A stretch of DNA of 64,000 bases, from NCBI RefSeq assembly GCF_009914755.1, contig NC_060939.1; one strand, written 5' to 3'. The DNA is from the human T2T-CHM13v2.0 reference genome, Homo sapiens. Below, in pieces: positions 50,819 through 64,000 of this stretch. A program made the position numbers and the translations under genes. Within the stretch, counting starts at the first letter, position 1, and every line of letters starts with the position of its first letter. The notes under the pieces were generated by a model, which was not told the origin of the DNA, did no database searches, and saw only the letters and a list, made by a program, of their open reading frames with translations.

Positions 50819-52513
50819 TCATATTTTGATAATAAATTGCTCCCAGCATATATTACAATCTGATGCATTCTTAAATGTGAATTCCTTTGTGCTATAAACG
50901 TTAAGTGCCTCATTTTCTCAATGCTGTGAGCTTTTAATTCTGCAGCATGGCTCTGTGACTGTGATTGTGAGTAGGGACGGCTGTGTTGATGTGCATGTGG
51001 TCATTCCACACCTTAAACGTGAGAGGTGCACTCTGGTCTGTGGTCAACAGCTAAATTCCTCTATCTCTTTAAACTTCACTGCACCAAACTGGAGAACCCA
51101 CAGCTGCTGTTTCCCAATGGGTCTGGGCAGTATTTGAGGCTGGTTTGCAAGCCAACTATAATTTTCTGTAGTGGAAAGAGACTCTTTATTTTTCTCTCTC
51201 TCTTTTTTTTTTTTTTTTAGCGCTCCTGCGCACTGCCTGATGTTCCCTCCCTGGGCTGGATGCCGATGCTGGGAGACTCGGAAGCCGCGTGTGGAAGATG
51301 GCAGTGTGGGTATGGCCTGGGTGCTTGCGTGATGGGGTGGAGGGAGTCATTATCCCCAACACAAACGCGCCCACTGACTCGGACCCGCATTGGACTGTGG
51401 GACCTGGGCAGACTCCCTAAAATGTGGGTTTTGTGATAGTTATAACAGCCTGCATTGACTGGTCCTCGGCCAGTCTCAGGGTCTTTGGCAATATTTGGAA
51501 CTCTCTTGGCCCTTTGTCTTTTGATACTTATCTGGCCAAATTTGGCCTGAATGGACCAAACTTCTGCCTTTTCTGTTTCTGGGCAGGCACTGTTGGGCAC
51601 TGCCAGAGAGAAATCTCAAAGTCAGATGTTACACTGTCTGGGATGCAGCTGCGCCCAGCAATCCTGGTGTGTCCCCAATCCAACTTTCTCTGCCACCTTC
51701 TGGAGTGGCTATTTCAAGTCTCCGGTTTTCTGAAGTCCTTAAGTCTCTCTTTCCACTTCAAAGAGAACATTGCAGTCATCGGTTGGGAACTTGCTCCAAG
51801 TGAGGAGCAACTGTGCCCACCCTCCCATCCTCTCCCACACCTGGGGAGTTCATGGCTAGCCCTGCCCTTTGGGCACTGGCTCCCAGCCAGAGACCTCTGC
51901 AGGGGCAGTGCCCCATCTCATGCCCTCTCTTTCCTGCACCTTCCTCTCTGCTAGTGCCCTTCTTCTGCGTATCTGGCTGTGTAGGAGAAGTTCTCTATCA
52001 GCAGAGCCTAGTTCAACAGTTAAAAAAAAAATTCACCATAGGTTTCATGCCCTGAATACCACTTACAGAGCAGCTGCTGGGTACTTGCAATATAGGCAAA
52101 ATGCAGATCTTGCTCAACTCTTCTGGTGTCTGTTAACTAGCCATTGCGCTCCCCTAGATAAAATGGCTCTCTCTAGAGGGGTGACACAGATCATTCATGG
52201 TGGGTAGCAGACATCAATCGCTACCACTTGTTTTCTTGCTGGTGGTAATGGAGACCCTCCAGGGAACCCTTACACCCCTCTGAATCTCCTCGTGGGAGGA
52301 AAACTGGGTTGTGCTCTGAAATGTCGTTAAAGTCATATTTGGAGAGCTGCGCTGACTCTGAGGAGCTGGCTGAGATCTCTTTCTTCCTGAACAGCATGCC
52401 AGCTGCCATGCAACCATTCCTCACGCAGGCAGCACAGGGGAAAGCAGGGAGGCCACATCTTGGACTCTAACGTAATGATTTTTTTTCCTGCTTCTGTGGT
52501 TAAACACATTTAG

Positions 52514-52911
<398 letters not shown>

Positions 52912-52944
52912 TACATCGTCTTTTGTGAAAAAAAAAATTATTTA

Positions 52945-53512
52945 TACACTTGAATGTCTAATCAGCGTTTCAAAGGTAACATGCCCAAAACTAAATTCTC
53001 AGTATCCCTCCTCCCCAGCCACCTTCATCCCAGCAGGGGTGTCACCAGCAGCTCAGGCCAATGATCCAGCAGTCAGACTTGACTCCGCTCATGCTCTCTC
53101 ACCCATCTAACCCATCAGCAATATTACTGGGTCTGCTTTCCAAATCCACCCTCATTACACCTCCCCCCACTCACCCCCACCCTCGCCCAGACTGCCACCA
53201 TGGACAGTTACAGTGGCCTTCTAAAGGTCATGTCTCCCCCATTGTCTTCTCTCCCAAATTCTATTTTCCATAGACAAGCTAGACTATTTTGATCATGAAA
53301 ATCTCACTGTGCTGCTCCCTGCTTACAATAACCTCCTCTCCCTTATGGAATCAAATCTGAAGTCCTCACCGTGCCTGCACCAGCCCTCCAGCATCCCTGT
53401 TTCTTGGGCCTGCCAGGCCAGTCCCCACCTCAGGACTTTTGCACTTGTTATGTCCTCTGCCAAGAAAGCTCTTCCCTGAGTTATCAGTTCCTGGAGTGGC
53501 CTTCCTTGACAC
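52945..53512 (+). mobile_element. L2 LINE fragment
   Basis: aacatgcccaaaactaaattc... cctcaggacttttgcacttgttatgtcctctgcc. Confidence 0.75.
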
Positions 53513-54700
<1,188 letters not shown>

Positions 54701-55077
54701 TAGTGGCAGCTGTCTAAATTAGAATCTCCCTACCCATTCTCCTTAAAACTGTACAGGTGAGCAAGGAGAGAAGACACCCATTGCTCCTGTCTACACCACA
54801 TCTAGAAGGCAGAGAAAGGAAAAAGTGTCTTAAAAAAGTAATAATAAGGACCCAGCAAGAGAGCACCCTAGCCAATCAATCGTGGAAGAAAAGGGTGTCG
54901 TTGATTAAAGAAACTGCCCTTCACTCTAGCAACAGAAGAGGGAGCAGTTGATCTGCACAACCAACAGGCCGCTCGGGCCTCTAGGCCTCCACTGCATTGT
55001 CTGCTATTGCCAGTCCGGGGAAACGCAACAGAAATAACCACCACCAATCACAAAGCAGAAAAGGAGAACCATACTTT

Positions 55078-55092
55078 CCAGCAGATGGCGCC
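55078..55092 (+). promoter_or_regulatory. CTCF core motif
   Basis: CCAGCAGATGGCGCC matches CCASYAGRKGGCRSY at every position. Binding is not demonstrated. Confidence 0.55.
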
Positions 55093-55388
55093 ACTTCGGA
55101 AAACAGTTTGGTGCGTCCTCAAAAAATTAAACATATAATTACCGTGACCCGGCAATTCCACTCCTAGGTATACCCAAGGCAAATGAAAACATGTCCACAT
55201 AGACACTTGTACATCAATGTTCCTAGCAATATTACTCCTTAAGAGCCAAAAGATGGAAACCACTCAAACGCCCGTCAACTGATGAATTGGTGAACATGTT
55301 GTGGTATATATCGATACAAGAGACTATTTGCGGTAAATAGGGATGCAATACTGATTGATACTACAACATGGATTAACTTTGAAAACAT
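55088..55388 (+). mobile_element. L1MB-type 3' fragment
   Basis: ccacttcggaaaacagtttgg...caattccactcctaggtatatacccaag. Confidence 0.85.
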
Positions 55389-55798
55389 TGCTGGGGCTCG
55401 GAAGCTGATGCCCCGAATTTGATGCTTTGTACATGCTGAACTGAAAAAGGAGCTTCAAGGTCTCTCTCCTCCCTCCTGCCCCAAAGCATAGGCTTCTCTG
55501 ACATTCCCTTATCTGTCTAAAGTCTGGGTCTATGAAAGAAAAACAATCACCTCCAGTCACTTCCCTGAGTTTTCATTAACTGCACCCATATCTCAGAAAG
55601 GAAAACTAAAGTCGGTCAACACACCTGGACAGACTTTTGTCACAAACCATTGTCTGCTCTGCAGGCCCAGCAGACTTTACCGCAGACCGTGGTGTGTTCT
55701 TCAAGCCCTTTGAATCTTCCCTAGTCATCATTTATTGCCCCTCCCCAGAATTCCTCTTCTCCCGCTCCCATAACTACGACCAGGGAAGATTCAAAGGG
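55389..55798 (+). mobile_element. MER39/MER31-type ERV1 LTR, 3'-truncated
   Basis: tgctggggctcggaagctgatgcccc...ttgtcacaaaccattgtctgctctg. Confidence 0.7.
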
Positions 55799-55995
55799 CT
55801 AAAAATACAAAAATTAGCTGAGCGTGGTGGCACATGCCTGTAATCTCAGCTACTTGGGAGGCTGAGGCATGAGATTTGATTGAACCCGTGAGATGGAGAG
55901 GTTGCAGTAAGCCAAGATTGCGCCGCTGAACTCCAGCCTGGGCAACAGAGCGAGACTCCATCTCAAAAAACAAATCAAAACAAAAACAAAAAACA
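55799..55995 (+). mobile_element. Alu right arm only
   Basis: Begins at the linker ctaaaaatacaaaaattagc. Confidence 0.9.
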
Positions 55996-56335
55996 GGTGA
56001 TTGTGTCATGGGGGCTCTGCCTTTGTGAATAGATTAACCCATTCATGAACTGATGGACTGGTGGGTTAATGGATTAATGTGTTATCACAGAGTGGAATTG
56101 GTGGCTTTATAAGAAGAGAAAGAGACATGGGCCAGCATGTTCAGCCCCCTCGCCATGTGATGCCCGGCACCACCTTGGGACTCTACAGAGTCCCCACCAG
56201 CAAGAAGCCCTCACCAGATGCAGCCATTCAACCTTGGACTTCCCAGCCTCCAGAAGTGTAAGAAATAAATTTCATTTCTTAGCAATTACTCAGTTTCAAA
56301 TATTCTATTATATGCAACAGAAAATGGACAGAGAG
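55996..56335 (+). mobile_element. MST-type LTR lacking its 5' start
   Basis: ggtgattgtgtcatgggggctctgcc...ggacttcccagcctccagaagtgtaagaaataaattt. Confidence 0.85.
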
Positions 56336-57561
56336 AGTTCTTAAGGAATTCCCCATCACATCCGAGGCTTATCCAGAGGTGATCCTTGTCTGGTTCCCCA
56401 GGAGGCTCCTGGAGGAAAGGAATGGACACTGTCCACCACCCCATTCATTGGATGCAGGGCCCGAAGGGAGGACCTGTGGAGGGTTTTCCAGCGGCTCCCT
56501 TAAAAGGAACCTGGAGAGAGGTGATTGAATTACTTCCTCAGTGCATCTTATTTGTTAATGACATGCTCATTTCAATGATCCATGTCATCCCTGTCCCTAT
56601 TACCATAAATAACGAAGCATTAGCTGTACGTGGCAGTGGCTGTCTGGAGCAGCAAAGAGCCGATCCCACGGTGTGTCTGCCCTGTCAAAATCATGTTGGC
56701 TGTGCTTAAAAATGACACTCCAGCCTGTCCCTGCAATCCCCATGCGTTTTCATCATGAGTCAGAACTTCAAGATGCTATTCATTCCGAAGCCATGTCAGC
56801 TCAGCTGTCAAGCAAGTTTATCGCATCTTGTATTTATGATAAACTTGAGTGACATGCAGATTTTGAATATCATATTCTAAAGCCATTTCAATCTAGGCTA
56901 AATGCAGCCTGTCAAATTCCCCTGTAAGGCAGGATCCATGGTGGGGGCTGGGGACTGAAGGGAGGTGACAGCAGTGCGGTTGGCAGACAGGGGAGAGGGA
57001 AGGTAAGCAACAGAGAAAGGTGCCTGGGTTCCCAAACAGGGTTCCAGAGGCAAGTCCACTCTGCCTAGAAGTAAGATGGCTCTGGGGCAGGACGCATGAA
57101 GGGTCTCGCCCAGAACAGTGGTTCCAGCGGTGATTCCCAGGGACCTATAGAAACCCTGAAGGGTGGGGAAGCTTGAGTCACAAGATGTTTCAGGCCTTTC
57201 GAGGACTAGGTATTTGTGAACACAGGCCAGCCTTGGAAATTGAATATGCTCTCGACTTACAATGCCACCACTTAAGAGGTTGTTGGGCTGGGGGTTACTC
57301 ATTCAGGGCACTGTTGTCCCTTCTGGGATGAGAAAAGCCAAATTATTACACGCTGAAGCAGATGTGTGGGGCCCGAGGTTTATGCCACCCGGGAACTCTC
57401 TTTAAAGAAAATGAAAACAAAAATTGTGGTAGAGAATTGCTCGGGTCCCTCCAAGGAGCCTACACAAAGGGCCTGCAGTGAGGGGTCCCAGTACCCTAGG
57501 CACAGAGGACCATGAGCTGCCCAGGGCCTCATGCCTGGGGAAGGCTAAGATGTGAAGCATG

Positions 57562-58352
57562 GTGATACAATAAGAAACATAGATTTGGTCCTTGTCTCTG
57601 TTCCTGGCACAGAGGGCCTAAGACCTTTGGAATCTCTGCAGTGAGAATAATGAATGTTTTTTGTGTACTAATGAGATGACTGGTGGCTGGGAGCCCCTGA
57701 ACAGCTTCAGGATGAGGGCTGGTCCCAGAAAGACCAAGGCAGGATCAGGAGGTTGGAACTTTCAGCCCCACTCCCCGCAAACCTCCTCTGGGGAGAGGAG
57801 ACAGGCTGGAGATTGGGTTAATCACCAGTGGTCAATGATTAATGAATCATACCCATGTCATGAAAACTCCCTAAACATTCCTGAACAACGAAGTCTGGAG
57901 AACTTCCAGGTTGGCAAACACAGCCATGTGCTGACAGGGTGGCACACCCCGACTCCATGCGGACAGAACCTCCTGGGCTCCGGACCCTTCCAGACCTAGC
58001 CCTGGCTGTTCGTCTGTGTCCATGGTAATAAACTGGTAATAGTAAATAAGTGTTTTCTTGGTTTCTATGAGCTGTTCTAGCCAATTATTGACCTGAGGGA
58101 GGTGGGGATTGTAAGAACCTCCTGACTTTGTAGCCAAGTCGGACAGAAGTGTAGGTTCTCTGAGTACCTAAGACTTGGGACTGGCGTCTGCGGTGTAGGT
58201 GATCTTGTGGGACTGAGCCCTTGAACCTGTTCAATCTGACATTAGTTAGTGTCAGAATTGAATTGAATCATAGGACACTCAGTTGGTACTGAGAACTGGC
58301 TGGTGCGGGAAAAAATCCCACATTTGGTGTGAGAAGTGTTTGAGTAAAAACA
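57562..58352 (+). mobile_element. MER21-type solo LTR
   Basis: cctggcacagagggcctaagacctttggaatc...gcttcaggatgagggctggtcccagaaagaccaaggc...gtgtcagaattgaattgaat. Confidence 0.82.
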
Positions 58353-58582
58353 GCTCAAGCCCATTCTTCATTTCTCAGCAGGGTGGCTTTTGTTTGCTTT
58401 GCTGTTCCAACATTTCATTACTCATCTGGGTCCCAATGGGCCTTTATTAAGAAAAGAAACCTTTTAACATAAAAATTGGCTCCAGATCTGAGCCACTCAT
58501 TTCCCCTGAACCTCTCTGGGGTCCTTGTGGGCTTTCTGTTTGGACAGGTGATCCCAGCGATTCTCCCAGCTTCAGAGGCTGA

Positions 58583-59043
<461 letters not shown>

Positions 59044-59574
59044 TTACTACAGGGATTCTTATCCAAGGGCCTATGGATCCCACAATGGCATGTACAATTT
59101 TTATTTTTAAGGTCTTCTTTTCTGAGGAAATCAGTTGTCCAATTTTCAAATGGGTCCTTGACTACCCTCAAAGGTTAAAAATGATTTCCAGGTGAAAAAT
59201 AAAGAAAAACACTGTTGCATTCTCTATTTTTTTTTTCTAAAAGTCAAATCAAGTATGGGAAATTCCAGTTATCCAGGGTGCCTCAACCAGGGAGTTTCTG
59301 GCTGCTTGAACATGGAGTCACCACACACGGTCCATGTGTAATTGCCCAATGGGCTCTCCATACCCACTGCCTAGACAGAGCCGATTTATCAAGACAGGGG
59401 AATTGCAGTCGAGAGTTTAATTCACGCAGAGCCGGCTGCACAGGAGACTGGAGTTTTATTACTACTCAAACCAGTCTCCCTGAAAACTTGGGGATCTGGG
59501 TTTTTAAGGATAATTTGGTGGGTTGGGGGGGTTGGAAAATGGGGAATGCTGATTGGTTGGGTAGAAGATAAAAT

Positions 59575-60181
59575 TGTTGCTGGAAAGGGGTCCCAATCCA
59601 GACACCAGGAAAGGGTTCTTGGATCTCACGAAAGAAAGAATTCAGGGCAAGTCCATCAAGTTGGTGACTCCATAGGCAGGGCAGTGGCATGAGCTGCTCG
59701 AGGGAGTATACTTAGTTACTTCTTGATTATATGCTAAACAAGCGGTGGATTATACACGAGTTTTCCAGGAAAGGGGAAGGCAATTCCAGGAACTGAAGGT
59801 TACTCCCTCTTTTAGACCATAGGGGGTAACTTCTGGACGTTGCCATGGCATTTGTGAACCGTAATGGTGCTGGTAGGAGTGTCTTTTAGCATGCTAAACA
59901 TTATAATTAGAGTATAATAAGCAGTGAGGATGACCACAGCTCATTATACTCTAATTATTAAAAGACGTCGCCATCTTGGTTTTGGTGGGTTTTGGCCAGC
60001 TTCTTTACCACATCCTGTTTTATCAGCAAGGTCTTTATGACCTGTATCTTGTACTGACCTCTTACCTCATCCTGTGACTAAGAATGCCTAACCTCCTGGG
60101 GATGCAGCCCAGCAGGTCTCAGCCTTATTTCACCCAGCCCCTACTCAAGATGGAGTCGCTGTGGTTCAAACACCTCTGACA
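59575..60181 (-). mobile_element. MER41 (B-like) solo LTR
   Basis: Reverse complement begins TGTCAGAGGTGTTTGAACCACAGCGACTCCATCTTGAGTAGGGGCTGGG and ends GGGACCCCTTTCCAGCAACA. Perfect TSD aaat at 59571-59574 and 60182-60185. Confidence 0.92.
59763..59792. promoter_or_regulatory. Tandem STAT GAS motifs (TTCCAGGAA x2) in MER41
   Basis: TTCCAGGAA at 59763-59771 and 59784-59792. Confidence 0.65.
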
Positions 60182-60675
60182 AAATCACGGAAAGTCGAAG
60201 CTGTCCTCTTTTGCTGAATCAGTTCCTGGGTAGAGGCCACAGGATCCCATGTGGTGCCAGCTGATCATCGATCATCATGTGCAGGGTCTACAAATCATCT
60301 CAAGCACTGATCTTAGGCCTTACCATAGTGAGTTTATTCTCAGGAGCAATTTGGGATGGCTCAGAATCTTGGAGTCTCCAGATGCATGACTCCTAAACCC
60401 TAATTTCTAACCTTACAGCTAATTTGTTAGTCCTGCAAAGGCAGTGTAGTCCCCAGGCAAGAAGGGAGTTTGTTTTGGGAAAGGGCTGTTATTGTTTTTG
60501 TTTCAAAGCAAAACAATAAACCAAGTTCCTCCCAAAGTTAGTTCATGCCCAGGAATGACAAGGACAGCTTGGGGGTTGGAAGCAAGATGGAGTCAGTTAG
60601 GTGAGATCTCTTTCACTGTCATAGTTGTCTGTTATAATTTTGCAAAGGCAGATCTACCATTTCTCTGAAGGTTGA

Positions 60676-61326
<651 letters not shown>

Positions 61327-61439
61327 TGAGCACAGACTTTTAATCAGATTTTTTCTTTCTTTAAATTCCTGTGAGACCAGCCGCCTGAGGGATTAAGAAT
61401 ATCGAGGGATGGAAGGGAGAGTAAAAGAACGGGCACTTT

Positions 61440-62900
61440 TCCCTAGGGAAAAGGAGGCATGCCGGGGGGGCGGAGGGAAGGAGGGGGTGTGGAGGAGGGA
61501 AGGAGGGAAAAGGGGGAGGGAGGGGAGGGAGGAGGGGGCGCGGAGGAAGGGGCGGGCTTCCCCCTGCCGGCCTCCCTTCCTTCCCCGCTGCCTCCGCCTC
61601 TCGCACTAGCGCCCCGCACCTGTGGCGCCCCTGCTCCGCCCAGTCCCGCGGCCTCCTCGCCCCTAGTCCCCGGCGCTCCCCGCCCCTTCCCGTGGGATCC
61701 GCCCCTCCGCCAGCCCCGCTGGCTTCCCCTCTCCGCCACCCCGGACTCAGAACCTCCCCTCCCCCGCCGGGGCCTGGGCGCGCCTGCCCTTCGCTCCCCG
61801 ACCTCCTGCTGCAGCTCTGGGCCCCTCGGCCGCTCCCTCCCCTCCTCCCTTGCTCACCCCACGGTTGGCCGCGGATCTCCAGCACGCCGCCCCAGTCCTC
61901 GGCGTCCCGCAGCGCCTGCCAGGGTCGCCGAGCCTCCCCTGCCTCCTGGCCGCCTCTGCAGTGCCGTCCTCCCGGGGCTGGCTCTCTCCCCAGGCCCCCG
62001 CTTTGGCCACCCAGGCACTTTCCGCCCTGAGCGTGGCAGCTGCTGCCGGGGGTCCTGGGACCGCGGGATGGGAACTCCCACGCAGCGTCCCACAGGCTCC
62101 TGGCCGCCGCGAGCCCGCGCGACTCGCAAGCATGTCCACCCGCAGCGAGGGGCCGGTCACTGCTACGGAGCCCGCCAGAAGGCAAAGCCCCAGACAGCAA
62201 ATAGGGAGGCGGCTGGCACCCAGGGAGGCCGAGGCGGGAGGATCGCTGGAGCCCAGGAGTTCGAGACCTGCCTTGGCAACATAGTAAGACGCCCCCCCAC
62301 CCCCCGCCCACCATCTCTACAATAAATTTAAGAATTAGCCTGGCATAGTGGCGCGCGCCTGTGGTCCCAGCACTTCGGGGAGGCTGAGGTGGGAAGATCA
62401 CCTGCGCCCAGGACGGTCGAGGCTGCAGTAAGCCGAGATCGCGCCACTGCACTCCAGCCTGGGCGACAGAGCCCAGACCCCGTAACAAAGCAAAAATGAA
62501 GGAGGCGGCGGTTTACTTCTGGAACCACTGCAGAAGATCATCAAGTGCAGGGAGCTGTGGAACTCCCGGGCGCCCAGCCCTCGGCGCCCCTGCACCCTCA
62601 GCCGTAGAGCTGGGGTGTTCCGGCCCGGAGGGATAGGGGTTTGCAGGGTGCGTGAGCGCCGAGGCTGCCCGCGAGGCGAGAGAATTGCGGGGGGAGGCAG
62701 GGAGGCCGACGGGGAGGGCCTGGGAGGCTGCACGCGCAGCGGGGACCCGGCTTTGTCCCGAGCAGTTTCCAGGTAAGAGCTGAGAGGAGGGGAGGGAGGG
62801 AGAGGAGGAGAACCAGGCCCGGATTTTCCCGCCTGGGGTCAAACCAAAGCAAACAAACCAAAGTGGTGTGTCCAAAGTGATGCGCCTCACAGGTGCCTTG
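61440..62900. promoter_or_regulatory. CpG island, probable promoter
   Basis: Very GC- and CpG-rich, several GC boxes (GGGCGG/CCGCCC at about 61550, 61636, 61680, 61699), and donor CAG|GTAAGA at 62772/62773. Confidence 0.85.
62200..62497 (+). mobile_element. AluJ-like element embedded in the CpG island
   Basis: gaggccgaggcgggaggatcgctggagcccaggagttcgag...ggtcgaggctgcagtaagccgagatcgcgcc. Confidence 0.9.
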
Positions 62901-63072
62901 CTTCTGCCCCTGCCGGAGTTGAGGTTTGGAGGAAGGGCACTGTGCTGAGTCCCAGCGGGGGTTTTGTAAATGCTGCGGTATTGGTCTCTCGCGGTTCACG
63001 GAGCAATCACCACACTTGCTTGACCTCCTGGAAAGCCTTACTCTCTTTTTATAATTAAAAACAATTTTTTTT

Positions 63073-63387
63073 GGCCGGGTGCGGTGGCTCATGCCTGTAA
63101 TCCCAGCACTTTGGGAGGCCCAGGCCGGCGGATCACCTGAGATCGGGAGTCGGAGACCAGCCTGACCGACGTGGAGAAACCCCATCTCTACTAAAAATAC
63201 AAAATTAGCCGGGCGTGGTGGTGCATGCCTGTAATCCTAGCTACTCAGGAGGCTGAGGCAGAAGAATTGCTTGAACCCAGGAGGCGGAGGTTGCAAGTGA
63301 GCCAAGATTGCGCCATTGCACTCCAGCCTGGGCAACAAGAGCGAAACTCTTGTCTCAAAAAAAAAAAAAAAAAAAAAAAAGAAAAAA
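63073..63387 (+). mobile_element. AluSp-like
   Basis: gatcgggagt, ggagaaacccc and caacaagagcgaaact diagnostics. Confidence 0.95.
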
Positions 63388-63584
<197 letters not shown>

Positions 63585-64000
63585 TAGAAGCCCCAAAATA
63601 GCCATGCAGATGTCCAAGCAGTTCTGGTTTGATTATCAAGGAGCATGTGTAAAATAGCTACGTGTGAATGGGGTCTCTGCAAATGGAAACTGGCGGGGGA
63701 GGCTCAGGACTCTTAAGAGGTCTGCAGGAGAAAGTGCATAATGAACACACACCCATGGCCTCTCCCCATGTGCCAGGGCATCCTCCCACACAGGCCGAAA
63801 GTGCTCTGCAGAACAAAGTGCTTTTGGTCCACAAAACGCCTCCCAGCTCTTGCCTGCAAAGGGAAGAAAGGATAGCTGAGAATCATGAAGCAGAATGCCG
63901 GGAGATTTATGGAAACCCCCTCTGATAGCTCAATCTAATTGCAGCTCCCTCCAGCGTGCCAAATGCTGCTAATGGACAGCCGCTCCTGCCGCTCTGATGT

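Larger units (their letters stand above)
59337..60656 (-). mobile_element. LTR8-type ERV1 solo LTR split by MER41
   Basis: tgtaattgcccaatggg...ctgcctagacagagccgatttatcaagacaggggaatt; far end gcaagatggagtcagttag...attttgcaaaggc. Confidence 0.88.

Noticed and set aside
51424-51954. 176-aa ORF
   Set aside because: Non-ATG start and no recognisable protein similarity.
61361-62488. Long Pro/Gly/Arg-rich ORFs (375 aa on -, 288 aa on +)
   Set aside because: Typical stop-poor CpG-island frames that run into Alu sequence, with no domain.

Overview
This is primate (human-like) genomic DNA, largely repeat-derived, with no intact protein-coding gene that I can support. It opens with the 3' two-thirds of a processed class I beta-tubulin (TUBB) pseudogene that carries the full long 3'UTR (1-2539). 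About 49 Alu elements, several old L1 fragments and many solo LTRs follow (MLT2, THE1, MST, MLT1, MER21, MER52, LTR12, MER39, LTR8, MER41). A heavily decayed but collinear class I endogenous retrovirus (gag-pro-pol-env, about 31.2-42.0 kb, + strand) can be read through its nested insertions and appears older than an MLT1 element inside it. The right end looks regulatory. It holds an LTR12 with a CCAAT array and a long G-tract, a perfect CTCF core at 55078, a MER41 LTR with two intact STAT GAS motifs, and a CpG island (about 61.4-62.9 kb) with a strong splice donor, consistent with a promoter and first exon. I did not find a convincingly new biological system. The best candidates are the ancient provirus and the ERV-derived interferon-responsive element beside the CpG island. 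Repeat family and subfamily names come from remembered consensus sequences and need confirmation with RepeatMasker or Dfam.
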